Of a DNA stretch of 64,000 nt, positions 1 through 9,605 are shown one piece after another. Under the pieces are notes generated by a model. That model was given only the letters and a program-made list of their open reading frames with translations, was not told the origin of the DNA and searched no databases. Each line of letters opens with the position of its first letter. The stretch's first letter is position 1. Source of the stretch: Nitrospinia bacterium (GTDB lineage Bacteria > Nitrospinota > Nitrospinia > Nitrospinales > JAJDAT01); NCBI GenBank assembly GCA_029261715.1, contig JAJDAT010000037.1, positions 64,141-128,140 of the forward strand. Direction: 5' to 3'. The position numbers and the translations under genes are program-made.

Positions 1-59
1 CCATATTATTTAAAATAACGCAATGCAACTAACATATCATTCAATTCGAGTAGGCTATT

Positions 60-2120
60 ATGGGTGACGATAAACAATCGATTTCCGAAATATTATTCGA
101 AAATAGGCAGTCCTTTCTAAGGTTTAATCGATTTAAAACAAGCCAAACCCTTAAAACCCTATCTCCAATTGATCGTTTAATTTATACCTGCATTCCACGA
201 TTGCTTCATGTAAATCAAGAAGGATTGCCCGGTTATATGGGCGAAGATGTACCTTGTGGAATATTCAACTACACATTGGATAGCGAGACTCAAATCGCTT
301 TAGAAAAGCTTTTCCCAGACATTATTGTTCGAAAAAACTCTGGAGGACGCCCAATCATCCAGACGATTCTTCTCATGGGTAGTGTCGGAAGTATTGCTCA
401 GACGTATAAATCAGATTTGGACTATACTCTCTTAATCAATAAAAAAGATTTTTCTCCAGAAGGAATGGAACTTTTCCAAAAAAAACTTCGAGCCCTCGAA
501 GATTGGACTTGGTTGAATTACAACTTAGAAACACATTTTTTTGTAAACGATATAACGGATGTAAGGAATAATAACTTTGGGGAAAGCGATAGCGAAAGCA
601 CGGGTACCGCTATGGCTAAACTCCTTAAAGAAGAAATGTTTCGGACCATGATTATAGTCGCCGGAAGAATAATTTTTTGGTGGATCATGCCTGTGGAAAC
701 GGACGACGAACAATATAACAATTATTGCGACTTAATCAATAGTCGCAAAACTCTCTTACATCGAGAAGAGTTTGTTGATATGGGTAATGTTGACGATATT
801 TCCGATGGAGAGTTTTTTGGTGGATCTATTTGGGCTTTGATTAAATCTTTTAAATCTCCTTTTAAAACGCTTATGAAAATGGGACTTCTGGAAGAATATA
901 TGTTTAACGTTTCCAAGTCCAATTTGCTTTGCCACGAAATCAAAAGAAGGGTCTATAAAGGAGAAGATCCATATATCGAAATAGACCCTTATCTAACCAT
1001 GTTTAATCGTGTGCAAAACTTTTTTAAAGATATCAAAGATGAAGCGGATGTCGACGCTCTTAGGTCTGCATTCTATCTAAAGGTCGGGACCCAAGTAAAT
1101 GCAGATGAAATAGAGCATGGATCCCCAAACCAGAAAAAATCTACGCTCATTAAAATGATCAATGATTGGGATTGGTCTTCATTTAAAGTTGAACAGCTAA
1201 ATGAATATTCAACGTGGCAAATGCAACAAAAAGTCGCTCTTGGTACCCGAATCAATAAGATTCTCATGGGTTCCTATAAAAAGATTTCAGATAAAAACAA
1301 GACCTTAGACCCAAAGGACAGCTTAATCACAGAAAAAGATACCCATTTACTAGGCCGAAAACTATTTAGCGTGTTTAATAAAGCCTCGTACAAGGTTGAA
1401 AATATGGCGGGAATTATTGATGGCGGAGCTGGAGAAAAGGAACTCACTTTTTATCAACATCAAGAAAACGTTAGAGACAAAGGTGTTTGGTATTTAATTC
1501 GAGGCAGAAATTTATCCGGTCTAGACGCAATTGATCCTGGAGAAATAATGAAAAAAGCCGCCACATTAGAATCCGTTTGCGCTTTTGCGGCTTTAAATAA
1601 TGTTTATGCCAAAGATTCAAAAATTTTAATGAGAGCGGATCAAACTGCAATGAAAGATCATGATGTCAAAGCTATGCTCAATATGCTGTCCACATTCATT
1701 TCATCCGTCAATATCGCAAATATTTCTAACGAAGACTTATTAAATCCCGCATATGTTAAACAATTTTTTTCAGTTATCGACTTTGGATATCCATTTCCTC
1801 GTGAAATTATGATGACCGATATCAGAGAATGTAAAACGAACGCGGAGTATGGAGAATTCATTCATAAACGCTTAGAACGCATTAAAAGTATGACATATAT
1901 CATTATGAACTCTTGGGGAGAACTTTTTTGTAAAACATTTGCAGGTATTAATAGTTTTGGTCGCTGTATTAACGAATTGACTAAAAAAGTCTCTCACTCG
2001 CAAGTTGACTCACCAAATTTTCTTAAGGTTTTCATCCCAACTGGCCGAAAAGATATTTTTGAATGTAGCTGGCTTTATAATTACACCCTTAAATCTTTGA
2101 AAGTTAAGGGAAAATCTTAA
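60..2120 (+). CDS. cyaA: Class I adenylate cyclase (CyaA-like), shorter than E. coli CyaA
   Basis: 686-aa ORF. Blocks align by eye to E. coli CyaA: LLHVNQEGLPGYMGEDVPCGI (cf [21 protein letters not shown]), GSVGSIAQTYKSDLDYTLL (cf GSTSSVGQSCSSDLDIWV), GGSIWALIKSFKSPFKTLMKMGLLEEY (cf [27 protein letters not shown]), AFYLKVG (cf CFYLKV). Confidence 0.85.
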   Translation: MGDDKQSISEILFENRQSFLRFNRFKTSQTLKTLSPIDRLIYTCIPRLLHVNQEGLPGYMGEDVPCGIFNYTLDSETQIALEKLFPDIIVRKNSGGRPIIQTILLMGSVGSIAQTYKSDLDYTLLINKKDFSPEGMELFQKKLRALEDWTWLNYNLETHFFVNDITDVRNNNFGESDSESTGTAMAKLLKEEMFRTMIIVAGRIIFWWIMPVETDDEQYNNYCDLINSRKTLLHREEFVDMGNVDDISDGEFFGGSIWALIKSFKSPFKTLMKMGLLEEYMFNVSKSNLLCHEIKRRVYKGEDPYIEIDPYLTMFNRVQNFFKDIKDEADVDALRSAFYLKVGTQVNADEIEHGSPNQKKSTLIKMINDWDWSSFKVEQLNEYSTWQMQQKVALGTRINKILMGSYKKISDKNKTLDPKDSLITEKDTHLLGRKLFSVFNKASYKVENMAGIIDGGAGEKELTFYQHQENVRDKGVWYLIRGRNLSGLDAIDPGEIMKKAATLESVCAFAALNNVYAKDSKILMRADQTAMKDHDVKAMLNMLSTFISSVNIANISNEDLLNPAYVKQFFSVIDFGYPFPREIMMTDIRECKTNAEYGEFIHKRLERIKSMTYIIMNSWGELFCKTFAGINSFGRCINELTKKVSHSQVDSPNFLKVFIPTGRKDIFECSWLYNYTLKSLKVKGKS

Positions 2121-2143
2121 AACCCATTTAGAATACAAGCTTT

Positions 2144-2962
2144 ATGGCTACCGCAGTTAAAAGCACAGCATTGCCAGATGATGAGGAAACCCAGCAGCAA
2201 GAATCTGGAATGGATAAGGGTACAATTTTTGGAATCCTTGCTGGAGTGTCTCTTATTGTCATAGCTATCATTCGTGGTGGAAGCGCAGATGTTTTTGTTA
2301 ACTTAAATGCAGTTTTCATTGTTGTAGGTGGAACCGTTGCTACCGCCTTCATCGCCTTTCCCTCTAAAAAAATATCAGGGATGATCCCAATTATAATTAA
2401 CGCGTTTAAACCTGACGTTCATCAACCATCAGATTATATTGACGAAATTATGGCCTTAGTTACCAAATATCGTTCAGGCGGTATGAAAGGTTTGGAAAGC
2501 GCCGAAGAATTTCTAAACAACCGGTTTTTAAAAGAAGGTATCGCGATGGTTGTCGACGGTTTTAACGCTAGAGAAATAACCGAAATTATGGAACGTCAGA
2601 TTTCTTCCGTTGTGGAGCGACATAACCAGGGGCAAAAAATCCTACGCTTCATGGCGGTTCAAGCTCCGGTTTTTGGTATGGCGGGAACTTTAATCGGTCT
2701 TATCCAAATGCTGATGCATATCGATGATCCTTCTAGTATTGGGCCGTCTCTTGCTGTTGCATTGATTACGACTTTTTACGGAATTATTTTCGCTAATTTG
2801 ATTCTTACTCCAATTGTAGCAAAACTAAACGCGCGGACTGAAAATGAAGCCATGTTGATTAAAGCTATTAGACTAGGCGTAATCGGAATTCATGATCGTT
2901 TGAATCCGCAAAAAATTCAAAGAAGTATGAATTCCCTACTTCCACCGGATCAACAAAGATAA
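2144..2962 (+). CDS. motA: MotA/PomA-family proton/sodium channel (stator A-subunit-like); true start may be the Met at 2210
   Basis: Collinear by eye with Vibrio PomA: FIVVGGTVATAFI, LKEGIAMVVDG, ERHNQGQKILRFMAVQAPVFGMAGTLIGLIQML, DDPSSIGPSLAVALITTFYG. Four predicted TM helices. Lies 23 nt after cyaA. Confidence 0.8.
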   Translation: MATAVKSTALPDDEETQQQESGMDKGTIFGILAGVSLIVIAIIRGGSADVFVNLNAVFIVVGGTVATAFIAFPSKKISGMIPIIINAFKPDVHQPSDYIDEIMALVTKYRSGGMKGLESAEEFLNNRFLKEGIAMVVDGFNAREITEIMERQISSVVERHNQGQKILRFMAVQAPVFGMAGTLIGLIQMLMHIDDPSSIGPSLAVALITTFYGIIFANLILTPIVAKLNARTENEAMLIKAIRLGVIGIHDRLNPQKIQRSMNSLLPPDQQR

Positions 2963-3819
2963 TGTCACATGTAGACGAAATTCTAGGGCTAACATCCCAA
3001 GCGCCATGCCAAGATGGAGTAGACTTCACCGGATACGATCTTAAGGGTATCAGTTTGAATGGAGTTACGTTCATCTTCGCCACTCTTAAAGAAGTCAATT
3101 TCGACGAATGCGAGTTAGTAGACGTAAATTTTAGCAAGGCTGATCTAGGAAAAGCTACATTCCGAGGCGCCAAACTAAAAGACGTGATATTTAGTAACGC
3201 TCAACTCCAAGAATCAGACTTTGAAAACTCTACTCTTGTCAATTGCAACTTTGAAAACGCTAGCATCGAACAAAGTAATTTTGCGTCTTTTATTTCAACA
3301 AAATGTAACTTTAAAGGAGCAAATTTAAGTTTTTGTAACTTTTATTCGGCAAATATAGAAGAAACCGACCTGTCCTTTTCGCGCATAATGTACTCAAATT
3401 TAAAACAAGTCGCTATAGAAAAGTCTACTCTTTCAGGTTGCAACGCTCGTGGTTCTGATTTTAGTTTTTCTAATATTTCAGACGCTAAAATTAAAGGAGC
3501 AAACCTTAAGCATGTTGATCTCAATTCTTGCTCAATGAAAGATGTCGATTTAACCCTTTCTAATATGTTAGGGGTTGAATTCAAAGACGCCGTTTGTCCA
3601 AGAATAAAGTTAGAGGAAGTCAACTTTGAAGGCGCAGATTTAACATATGCCAGTTTAGAAGGAGCTAATCTACAAAACGCATTCTTTCTTGAAGCTAATT
3701 TACATGGAACTAATTTAACCAGCGCTAATCTAAAAGACGCTTTTTTTGTAGACGCAAACACTCACAATATTAAAACCAAAGGCGCCAACCTTGAAAATAC
3801 AGGGCTAACCGAAACCTAG
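2962..3819 (+). CDS. Pentapeptide-repeat protein (soluble)
   Basis: Almost the whole 285 aa is A(D/N)LxX-type repeats (ANLSFCNFYSANIEETDLSFS, ANLKHVDLNSCSMKDVDLTLSN, ADLTYASLEGANLQNAFFLEANLHGTNLTSANLKDAFF). No TM helix or signal peptide. Its start overlaps the motA stop (TAATG). Confidence 0.9.
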   Translation: MSHVDEILGLTSQAPCQDGVDFTGYDLKGISLNGVTFIFATLKEVNFDECELVDVNFSKADLGKATFRGAKLKDVIFSNAQLQESDFENSTLVNCNFENASIEQSNFASFISTKCNFKGANLSFCNFYSANIEETDLSFSRIMYSNLKQVAIEKSTLSGCNARGSDFSFSNISDAKIKGANLKHVDLNSCSMKDVDLTLSNMLGVEFKDAVCPRIKLEEVNFEGADLTYASLEGANLQNAFFLEANLHGTNLTSANLKDAFFVDANTHNIKTKGANLENTGLTET

Positions 3820-3844
3820 TCTTAAAACTTTTCAAAGATCCCTC

Positions 3845-4204
3845 TTGCCTTCTCCCGCCACATTTGTATTATCTATCCATTTTCTTATTGTCGCTTATAT
3901 AATCTTAGGCTTTCCTATTGGGTTAATTTTGAATAGTAGAAAGTTCAGGCTCATACACTGCGGCTCGTTAGCGTTTATATCTTGCCTTATGGTTTTTGAA
4001 ATACCATGTCCATTAACTGTACTGGAAGAACAATTGGGGAGCGCTTATCTAGAGGGATCCTTCATAGCCTATTGGCTAAAACAAATCATTTATCTTCCTT
4101 GGCTAAATCCTAGAACAGTTTTCCTCATGGATATGTTTTTTGCTTCTTTGGTTTTCTCATCCTTTTATTGGAAGCCATTACCACCTAAAACCACACCTAA
4201 TTAG
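3845..4204 (+). CDS. Small membrane protein, DUF2784-like (family name from memory)
   Basis: 119 aa, 3-4 hydrophobic helices, CPLTVLEEQL motif as I recall for DUF2784. TTG start 25 nt after the pentapeptide gene. Confidence 0.55.
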   Translation: MPSPATFVLSIHFLIVAYIILGFPIGLILNSRKFRLIHCGSLAFISCLMVFEIPCPLTVLEEQLGSAYLEGSFIAYWLKQIIYLPWLNPRTVFLMDMFFASLVFSSFYWKPLPPKTTPN

Positions 4205-5099
4205 TTTTTATGAAAGGCGTAACACAACGAAAACCCACATTTTCGAAATAATCATCAGGTTCTGCTTCAGTCCTAAAAAAAACATATCCATAAGCTTCTA
4301 AAAAATAATGACCAGCCTTTTGGAAACCATTTCCACGAATAACCTTAAACCGTTTTCCAAATCTTTTGTATTTATACGAACTTCCCGGGTAAGCTTGGTA
4401 CCAATTTAAAGTCCATTCCATTGCATTACCAGCTAATCCCCATACTCCGTATGAGCTAACATCTTTAGGATATGCATTTACTGGCATGATTTTACGAGCG
4501 CCATCCACTCCCATATTGGCAAAGGATTTATCATACTCTTCACCCCAGGGGTAATTCCTACCGTCAGTTCCTCGAGCTGCTTTTTCCCATTGCGCTTCAG
4601 TTGGCAACCGTTTTCCAGCCCAAACAGCATAAGTAAAAGCTTCGTACCAAGTAACATGAGTTACTGGCATATCTGCTAACTCTTTTAGATATTGTCCATC
4701 CTCCCAATTACCGGGAGTTTCATAAAACTGGGTTTCATCCAAGAATCGTTTGTATTCTTTATTCGTAACCTCATACTTATCTATATAATAGTTATCAAGA
4801 AATATTTTCCTTTTAGGTTGTTGGTCCAGGTAAAGCGGTTTCACTGTTCCTATTTTTCTATGAGTATTGTCATTATCTACTTTATCCGTTCCCATAAAAA
4901 ATTCACCTGCTGGAATAAGGACCATTTCCTTACCGTCGATTTCTGAAATTACTTTTGGTTTTAAAGTTTTAAAACTATTTTTAAAAAAAGGACTCAAAGT
5001 AGCGCGACCTATAAAAAATGCTAGAAGCGCAGTCCCAAAAATTAAGATATAATTTGTTTTGTTATTCATTGAATCCAAAACCCCGCGTATTTTCGACAA
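4197..5099 (-). CDS. Formylglycine-generating enzyme (SUMF1/FGE-sulfatase) family protein, membrane-anchored
   Basis: YYIDKYEVTNKEYKRFL, PVTHVTWYEAFTYAVWAGKRLPTEAQWEKAARGTDGRNYPWG, GNAMEWT and GFRCV are hallmark FGE-domain blocks. N-terminal TM anchor. Confidence 0.85.
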   Translation of the reverse strand: MSKIRGVLDSMNNKTNYILIFGTALLAFFIGRATLSPFFKNSFKTLKPKVISEIDGKEMVLIPAGEFFMGTDKVDNDNTHRKIGTVKPLYLDQQPKRKIFLDNYYIDKYEVTNKEYKRFLDETQFYETPGNWEDGQYLKELADMPVTHVTWYEAFTYAVWAGKRLPTEAQWEKAARGTDGRNYPWGEEYDKSFANMGVDGARKIMPVNAYPKDVSSYGVWGLAGNAMEWTLNWYQAYPGSSYKYKRFGKRFKVIRGNGFQKAGHYFLEAYGYVFFRTEAEPDDYFENVGFRCVTPFIKTN

Positions 5100-5125
5100 A
5101 ATTTTAAGTTACTCACTATAACGTA

Positions 5126-6280
5126 ATGAATCAAAATATTCTAATAGCCTTAATTTCTCTATTCTTAACATTTTCTTTTGTTCAATCCACTAATGCATTG
5201 GAGCGCAAAATTGAGGATAAAACTAACGGCTACACATTTCCATATATATTAGACGCTGAAACTTATTCTCTAAATGTACGCAATGTTAAGACGCTTAAAG
5301 CTTCTGGACAATACCTTTGGATAGGTACAGCAAAAGGAGCCATCAGATATAATCTAAGTTCAGAAGAAGACTATAAATTATTCGACAATAAAAATGGTCT
5401 ATTAAGTAACGGAGTCTTTTCCATCGCGATTGACAAAAACCAAACACCCTGGGTTGGAACCTACGGAGGAGGGCTAAGCCGTTTTGATGGAAAAACCTGG
5501 GATAACATAAACACTCCGCACGGTCTAGCTGATGCATTTGTTTTTGACATTCAGTTTGCAAACGAAGGGGTTTGGATTGCAACCTGGAGTGGAGCCAATT
5601 ATTTTAAGGAAAATCCTGTCACTGGAGGAGAAATAAAAACCTTCACTGTTGAAAATACGAATAAGGGTTTGATTGATAATTGGGTATATGCCATTCAAAT
5701 TGGAAAGAACGGTAAAGTTTGGTTTGGAACCGAATCCGGAATATCGCTACTCGATAATGGATCTTGGCGTTATTGGACCCACGAAAACGGGCTTGGAGCC
5801 CCATTTAAAACGGTAGAAAAAGAAAACGCCGACGCGACGGCAAGTTTTCAAGGCTCACACCACAGTTTATATCCAGCTCATGACAATGCCTCTCCAAATT
5901 ATCGCCCCAATTATGTTTTGTCCATGCTATTAGACTCTCATGATAACTTATGGGTTGGAACTTGGGGAGGAGGACTCAGTCTATTTAATATTCAAAAAAA
6001 CACGTTTCGTAATTTCACTCAAAAGGATGGGCTTCCCGGAAACTTTATTTTAACCTTAAAAGAAGGACCTAATGGTAAGCTTTGGATCGGAACAAATAAA
6101 GGACTTAGCAGATTCGACGGTAAAACTTTCGAGAATTATTCCACACTAAACGGCCTTATTAGCGATTTTATATTTAGCGTGGAATTCACTCAGGACCACT
6201 CAGTTTGGCTAGGCGGCTATTATGGCGTAAACCAACTAAGCATGGAGCCTGGAACAGGTAAATTGGCGATTATTGATTGA
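5126..6280 (+). CDS. Secreted beta-propeller protein with two-component-regulator-propeller (Reg_prop) type repeats
   Basis: Signal peptide, then repeated W(V/I)GTxxGGLSxFDGKxW...NGL units (WVGTYGGGLSRFDGKTW, WVGTWGGGLSLFN, WIGTNKGLSRFDGKTF). Confidence 0.7.
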   Translation: MNQNILIALISLFLTFSFVQSTNALERKIEDKTNGYTFPYILDAETYSLNVRNVKTLKASGQYLWIGTAKGAIRYNLSSEEDYKLFDNKNGLLSNGVFSIAIDKNQTPWVGTYGGGLSRFDGKTWDNINTPHGLADAFVFDIQFANEGVWIATWSGANYFKENPVTGGEIKTFTVENTNKGLIDNWVYAIQIGKNGKVWFGTESGISLLDNGSWRYWTHENGLGAPFKTVEKENADATASFQGSHHSLYPAHDNASPNYRPNYVLSMLLDSHDNLWVGTWGGGLSLFNIQKNTFRNFTQKDGLPGNFILTLKEGPNGKLWIGTNKGLSRFDGKTFENYSTLNGLISDFIFSVEFTQDHSVWLGGYYGVNQLSMEPGTGKLAIID

Positions 6281-6289
6281 AAAAAACCA

Positions 6290-6580
6290 TTAAAAGTCGT
6301 CGTCTTCGTCGTCTTCGTCGTCTTCATCTTCCATAAAACCTTTAAGTTCATCGTCTTCAGCGGTCGATATCATATCTTGAATTTCCTGATAACCCGCAGC
6401 CATTTTTTGGATTGTAATCAATAAAGTCACTAATTCCTGAGTAGATGCCTCATGAATCCCCGCGACCAAAGGACCACGTTCATCATTTTCATATTTTTCG
6501 TCCCATTCGTCGAACGCCGCTAAAATTTTATCTTTACAGTGAAATAAGTCATAAAAAAAATGTTTAACTTCAATTTTCAT
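6290..6580 (-). CDS. Small, highly acidic hypothetical protein with a poly-Asp/Glu tail ending in Phe
   Basis: 96-aa ORF ending DELKGFMEDEDDEDDEDDDF. No recognisable family. Convergent with the propeller gene. Confidence 0.5.
   Translation of the reverse strand: MKIEVKHFFYDLFHCKDKILAAFDEWDEKYENDERGPLVAGIHEASTQELVTLLITIQKMAAGYQEIQDMISTAEDDELKGFMEDEDDEDDEDDDF
6299..6325. repeat. Perfect 9-bp tandem repeat x3 (GTCGTCTTC) inside the acidic-tail coding region
   Basis: Read directly: gtcgtcttc gtcgtcttc gtcgtcttc. It encodes (EDD)n on the minus strand. Confidence 0.9.
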
Positions 6581-6779
6581 TATTAAAACCTTCCTTTATT
6601 AAACAATTAGGCAATTTTGTTTGTTTTAGACTTCTAAAAGAAAATATAATCTTAATTAGAAAAATTCAGATGTTTTAAACAGTATCCAATTTAATATCAA
6701 AAAAATATTGCGATTTGTAGTTTTTAATTATTATCATAATTAAAGAATTTTTTATATAAACCTAACGGAAATATTTATT

Positions 6780-7262
6780 ATGTCAGAAAACGAACGTTTC
6801 GTTGACAACGAAAACGATACAATATCAGATACTAAGTTTAACCTCACCTGGCTGAAAAGAGATTATTATCAGATAAGAGAAAAATGGTGTAGTTGGAATG
6901 GCGCTCATAAATTTGTTGCAAAGTTGAATGAAAAAAAATATGCCGGCTATGACGACTGGCGATTACCAACAACCAAAGAATCAAGAAACCTTTACGATCA
7001 CGAATGTAAAAACTATGACTTCGCCGATGATATTGTTCATATAGATTATTTATTTCCCGAAGGTTGCGGCTCAACCTATTGGTGCTCTGAAGATACTGGG
7101 CATATGGCAGCCGCCTACAACTTCTACAGCGATCGAGGTTATAATGTTCGAAAAAACGCTAAGGAAGAAGGCAATATGTCATGCCGCCCCGTTAGATCCT
7201 CAGGACCGCGAGTAAAAATCTCAGACAGGACTTCTGGATCAGGAAGAACTCTTAGAGGATAG
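6780..7262 (+). CDS. DUF1566 (Lcl C-terminal domain)-like protein
   Basis: LTWLKRDY...W..A..FV..LN...YAGYDDWRLPTTKES pattern typical of DUF1566, as I recall it. Confidence 0.55.
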   Translation: MSENERFVDNENDTISDTKFNLTWLKRDYYQIREKWCSWNGAHKFVAKLNEKKYAGYDDWRLPTTKESRNLYDHECKNYDFADDIVHIDYLFPEGCGSTYWCSEDTGHMAAAYNFYSDRGYNVRKNAKEEGNMSCRPVRSSGPRVKISDRTSGSGRTLRG

Positions 7263-7316
7263 TTTTTCTAAAATTGCACCGCCTTATCCAACTTTTCAAC
7301 TTCCTTTCTAAATAAT

Positions 7317-8465
7317 ATGGCCACTCACAGGGCAACCCGCGCTTACGTAAACCTTTCCCTATTTCAAAATAACCTACGATTAATAAAAGATATCGTAGGT
7401 TCACAAACAAAAACCATGGCCGTAGTTAAGGCTGATGCGTATGGTCATGGAGCAATCGAATGCGCCAAGGCGGCAATTGATACCGGAGCCGATTTATTAG
7501 GCGTAGGAGTTATAGGAGAAGGAATTGAGTTAAGAAAACAAGGGTTTGAATTACCGATCTTAGTGTTGGGAGGGGTTTTTATCGATGAAATTCCAGACTT
7601 ACTACACTATGGTCTTTCAACAACAATTAGTAATTCTTCTATCGCCCAAGCCCTCTCTAAACAAGCGCAAAAGGTAGGAAATCCAGCATACGTTCATTTA
7701 AAAATCGATACAGGAATGAGCCGAATGGGAGTTAGTATAGACGACTACATGAAACTCCTGAAAGAGACTACTTCACTTCCAGGCCTTCAATTAGAAGGCA
7801 TATGCACTCATTTCGCCACCGCTGATATCGAAGACCCAGAGTACACGTTAAAACAGTTGGAGTTATTCGAAACTGCTTTGGATGGATTCAAAAAAACAGG
7901 ACATCCGCTTCCACTTGTCCATTGCGCAAATAGCTCGGCAATACTGCAGTATCCGCAAACCTGGAAAGATATGATTCGGCCAGGACTAACCCTTTATGGA
8001 GCTTTGCCCTCTTCAAACTTAGCCAGCAAACTGAACGGTCTTATTCCTAACAGTGAAAACTCATTGACTCCCGTTATGGAATGGAGAAGTAAAATTATTT
8101 TGCTAAAACATGTCTCTAAAGGGACATCCCTTGGGTATGGAAGGCAATTTATAGCCCAACGAGATAGCTTAATAGCAACCATACCAGTGGGCTATGCCGA
8201 TGGGTTACCTAGAATATTATCAAATAAAATGGAAGTTATTATACGCGGAAAAAAAGCGCCGCAAGTTGGCGCAATATGCATGGATTTCTGTTTAATAGAT
8301 GTTAGCGAAATACCTGAAGTCAACGAAGAAGACGAAACGGTAATAATTGGGAAACAAGGAAATAATATAATCTCAGTTGAAGAGGTCTCTAAGCTAGCCC
8401 AAACTATTCCATATGAAATACTATGTTCAATTGGTAAGCGAGTACCGAGAGTTTATATAAAGTAA
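7317..8465 (+). CDS. alr: Alanine racemase
   Basis: PLP-lysine motif AVVKADAYGHG, plus the C-terminal GYADG and beta-domain pattern. 382 aa. Confidence 0.95.
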   Translation: MATHRATRAYVNLSLFQNNLRLIKDIVGSQTKTMAVVKADAYGHGAIECAKAAIDTGADLLGVGVIGEGIELRKQGFELPILVLGGVFIDEIPDLLHYGLSTTISNSSIAQALSKQAQKVGNPAYVHLKIDTGMSRMGVSIDDYMKLLKETTSLPGLQLEGICTHFATADIEDPEYTLKQLELFETALDGFKKTGHPLPLVHCANSSAILQYPQTWKDMIRPGLTLYGALPSSNLASKLNGLIPNSENSLTPVMEWRSKIILLKHVSKGTSLGYGRQFIAQRDSLIATIPVGYADGLPRILSNKMEVIIRGKKAPQVGAICMDFCLIDVSEIPEVNEEDETVIIGKQGNNIISVEEVSKLAQTIPYEILCSIGKRVPRVYIK

Positions 8466-8475
8466 TTTTTTAAAA

Positions 8476-9378
8476 CTATTTTGCTCTAAAGTCTGAAATT
8501 TTTTCAATTCCATTTTTCTCAAAAAAATCTTCCAGGCCTTCAATAATTTTAATAGTAATGGCGGGGTCAAAAAAGTTAGCTGTGCCAATTTGAATCGCCT
8601 TAGCTCCTGCCAACAAAAACTCTAACGCATCTTCCGTACATCGTATTCCACCAATTCCAATGATTGGCAACGATACAGCTTGGGATACATCGTGTACCAT
8701 CCGCAATGCAATGGGTTTAATTGCCGGCCCAGATAATCCTCCGGTTACATTTCCTAAATAAGGTTTTTGAGTTTCTAAATCATAAGTCATTCCAGTCAAT
8801 GTATTGATTAAAGAAAGGGCGTCTGCGCCAGCCTCTTCCGCCGCTTTCGCAATCTCACAGATATTTCCTACATTAGGCGACAACTTAACGATCAAAAACT
8901 TATCAATCGATTTTCTCACGGCGGAAACAACTTCAAATAAAATTTCCGGCTTACTGCTAAAGTAAGTGCCTCCTTCCGAAACATTCGGGCAAGAAACATT
9001 CATTTCGACACCGTCAATTCTTTCGACTCCGTCTAAAGCCTTAGCCATTTCTATATATTCTTCGGTGGTCTTGCCAAAAAAATTCACAAAAATCCGCGTT
9101 TCAAAGCCATGCAGTAGAGGTAATTTTTCGTTAACAAACCTCTCAAAGCCAACGTTTTCCAACCCAATGGCATTAAGCATTCCTGAAGGAGTTTCCACAA
9201 CACGAGGCCCTTCATTGCCTATTTTTGGATTTAATGACAGGCCCTTTGTGCAAAAAGCGCCTAACCGGTTGAGATCCAAAAAATCTCTAAACTCCAACCC
9301 ATAGCCGAAGGTCCCCGAAGCGGCTATAACAGGATTACTGAGTTTTATGGGACCTAAATCAACGGATAAATCGACCAT
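8476..9378 (-). CDS. pyrD: Dihydroorotate dehydrogenase, class 1 (catalytic subunit, PyrD type B-like)
   Basis: LSNPVIAASGTFGYG, NAIGLENVG, EMNVSCPNV, GGLSGPAIKPIALRMV, IIGIGGI. Canonical class 1 DHODH blocks. Confidence 0.95.
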   Translation of the reverse strand: MVDLSVDLGPIKLSNPVIAASGTFGYGLEFRDFLDLNRLGAFCTKGLSLNPKIGNEGPRVVETPSGMLNAIGLENVGFERFVNEKLPLLHGFETRIFVNFFGKTTEEYIEMAKALDGVERIDGVEMNVSCPNVSEGGTYFSSKPEILFEVVSAVRKSIDKFLIVKLSPNVGNICEIAKAAEEAGADALSLINTLTGMTYDLETQKPYLGNVTGGLSGPAIKPIALRMVHDVSQAVSLPIIGIGGIRCTEDALEFLLAGAKAIQIGTANFFDPAITIKIIEGLEDFFEKNGIEKISDFRAK

Positions 9379-9605
9379 TTTATTTTCTAATCTTTCCTAT
9401 CGCCATTGTTAAAAACATTGGAGAAACAATAAAGATACTATAATTTAAACAAATTTATTTAAATTTTACCTATTGACATTTACTTTATATTGATTATATT
9501 TAATACAACAAACTGCAATAAGACCATATTTTTCAAAACGTTAAATAAAGTTCACAAAATCAGGCATTCATAAAACTTTCAAAAACTTTATCCAAATTAT
9601 CAATT

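Noticed and set aside
3342-3761. Long antisense ORFs inside real genes: 3342-3761, 8966-9304, 17529-17867, 38523-38837, 40687-40992, 46576-46866, 51742-52044 and 57662-57976.
   Set aside because: Each is fully embedded opposite a gene with strong family motifs. They are low-complexity mirror translations without start context.
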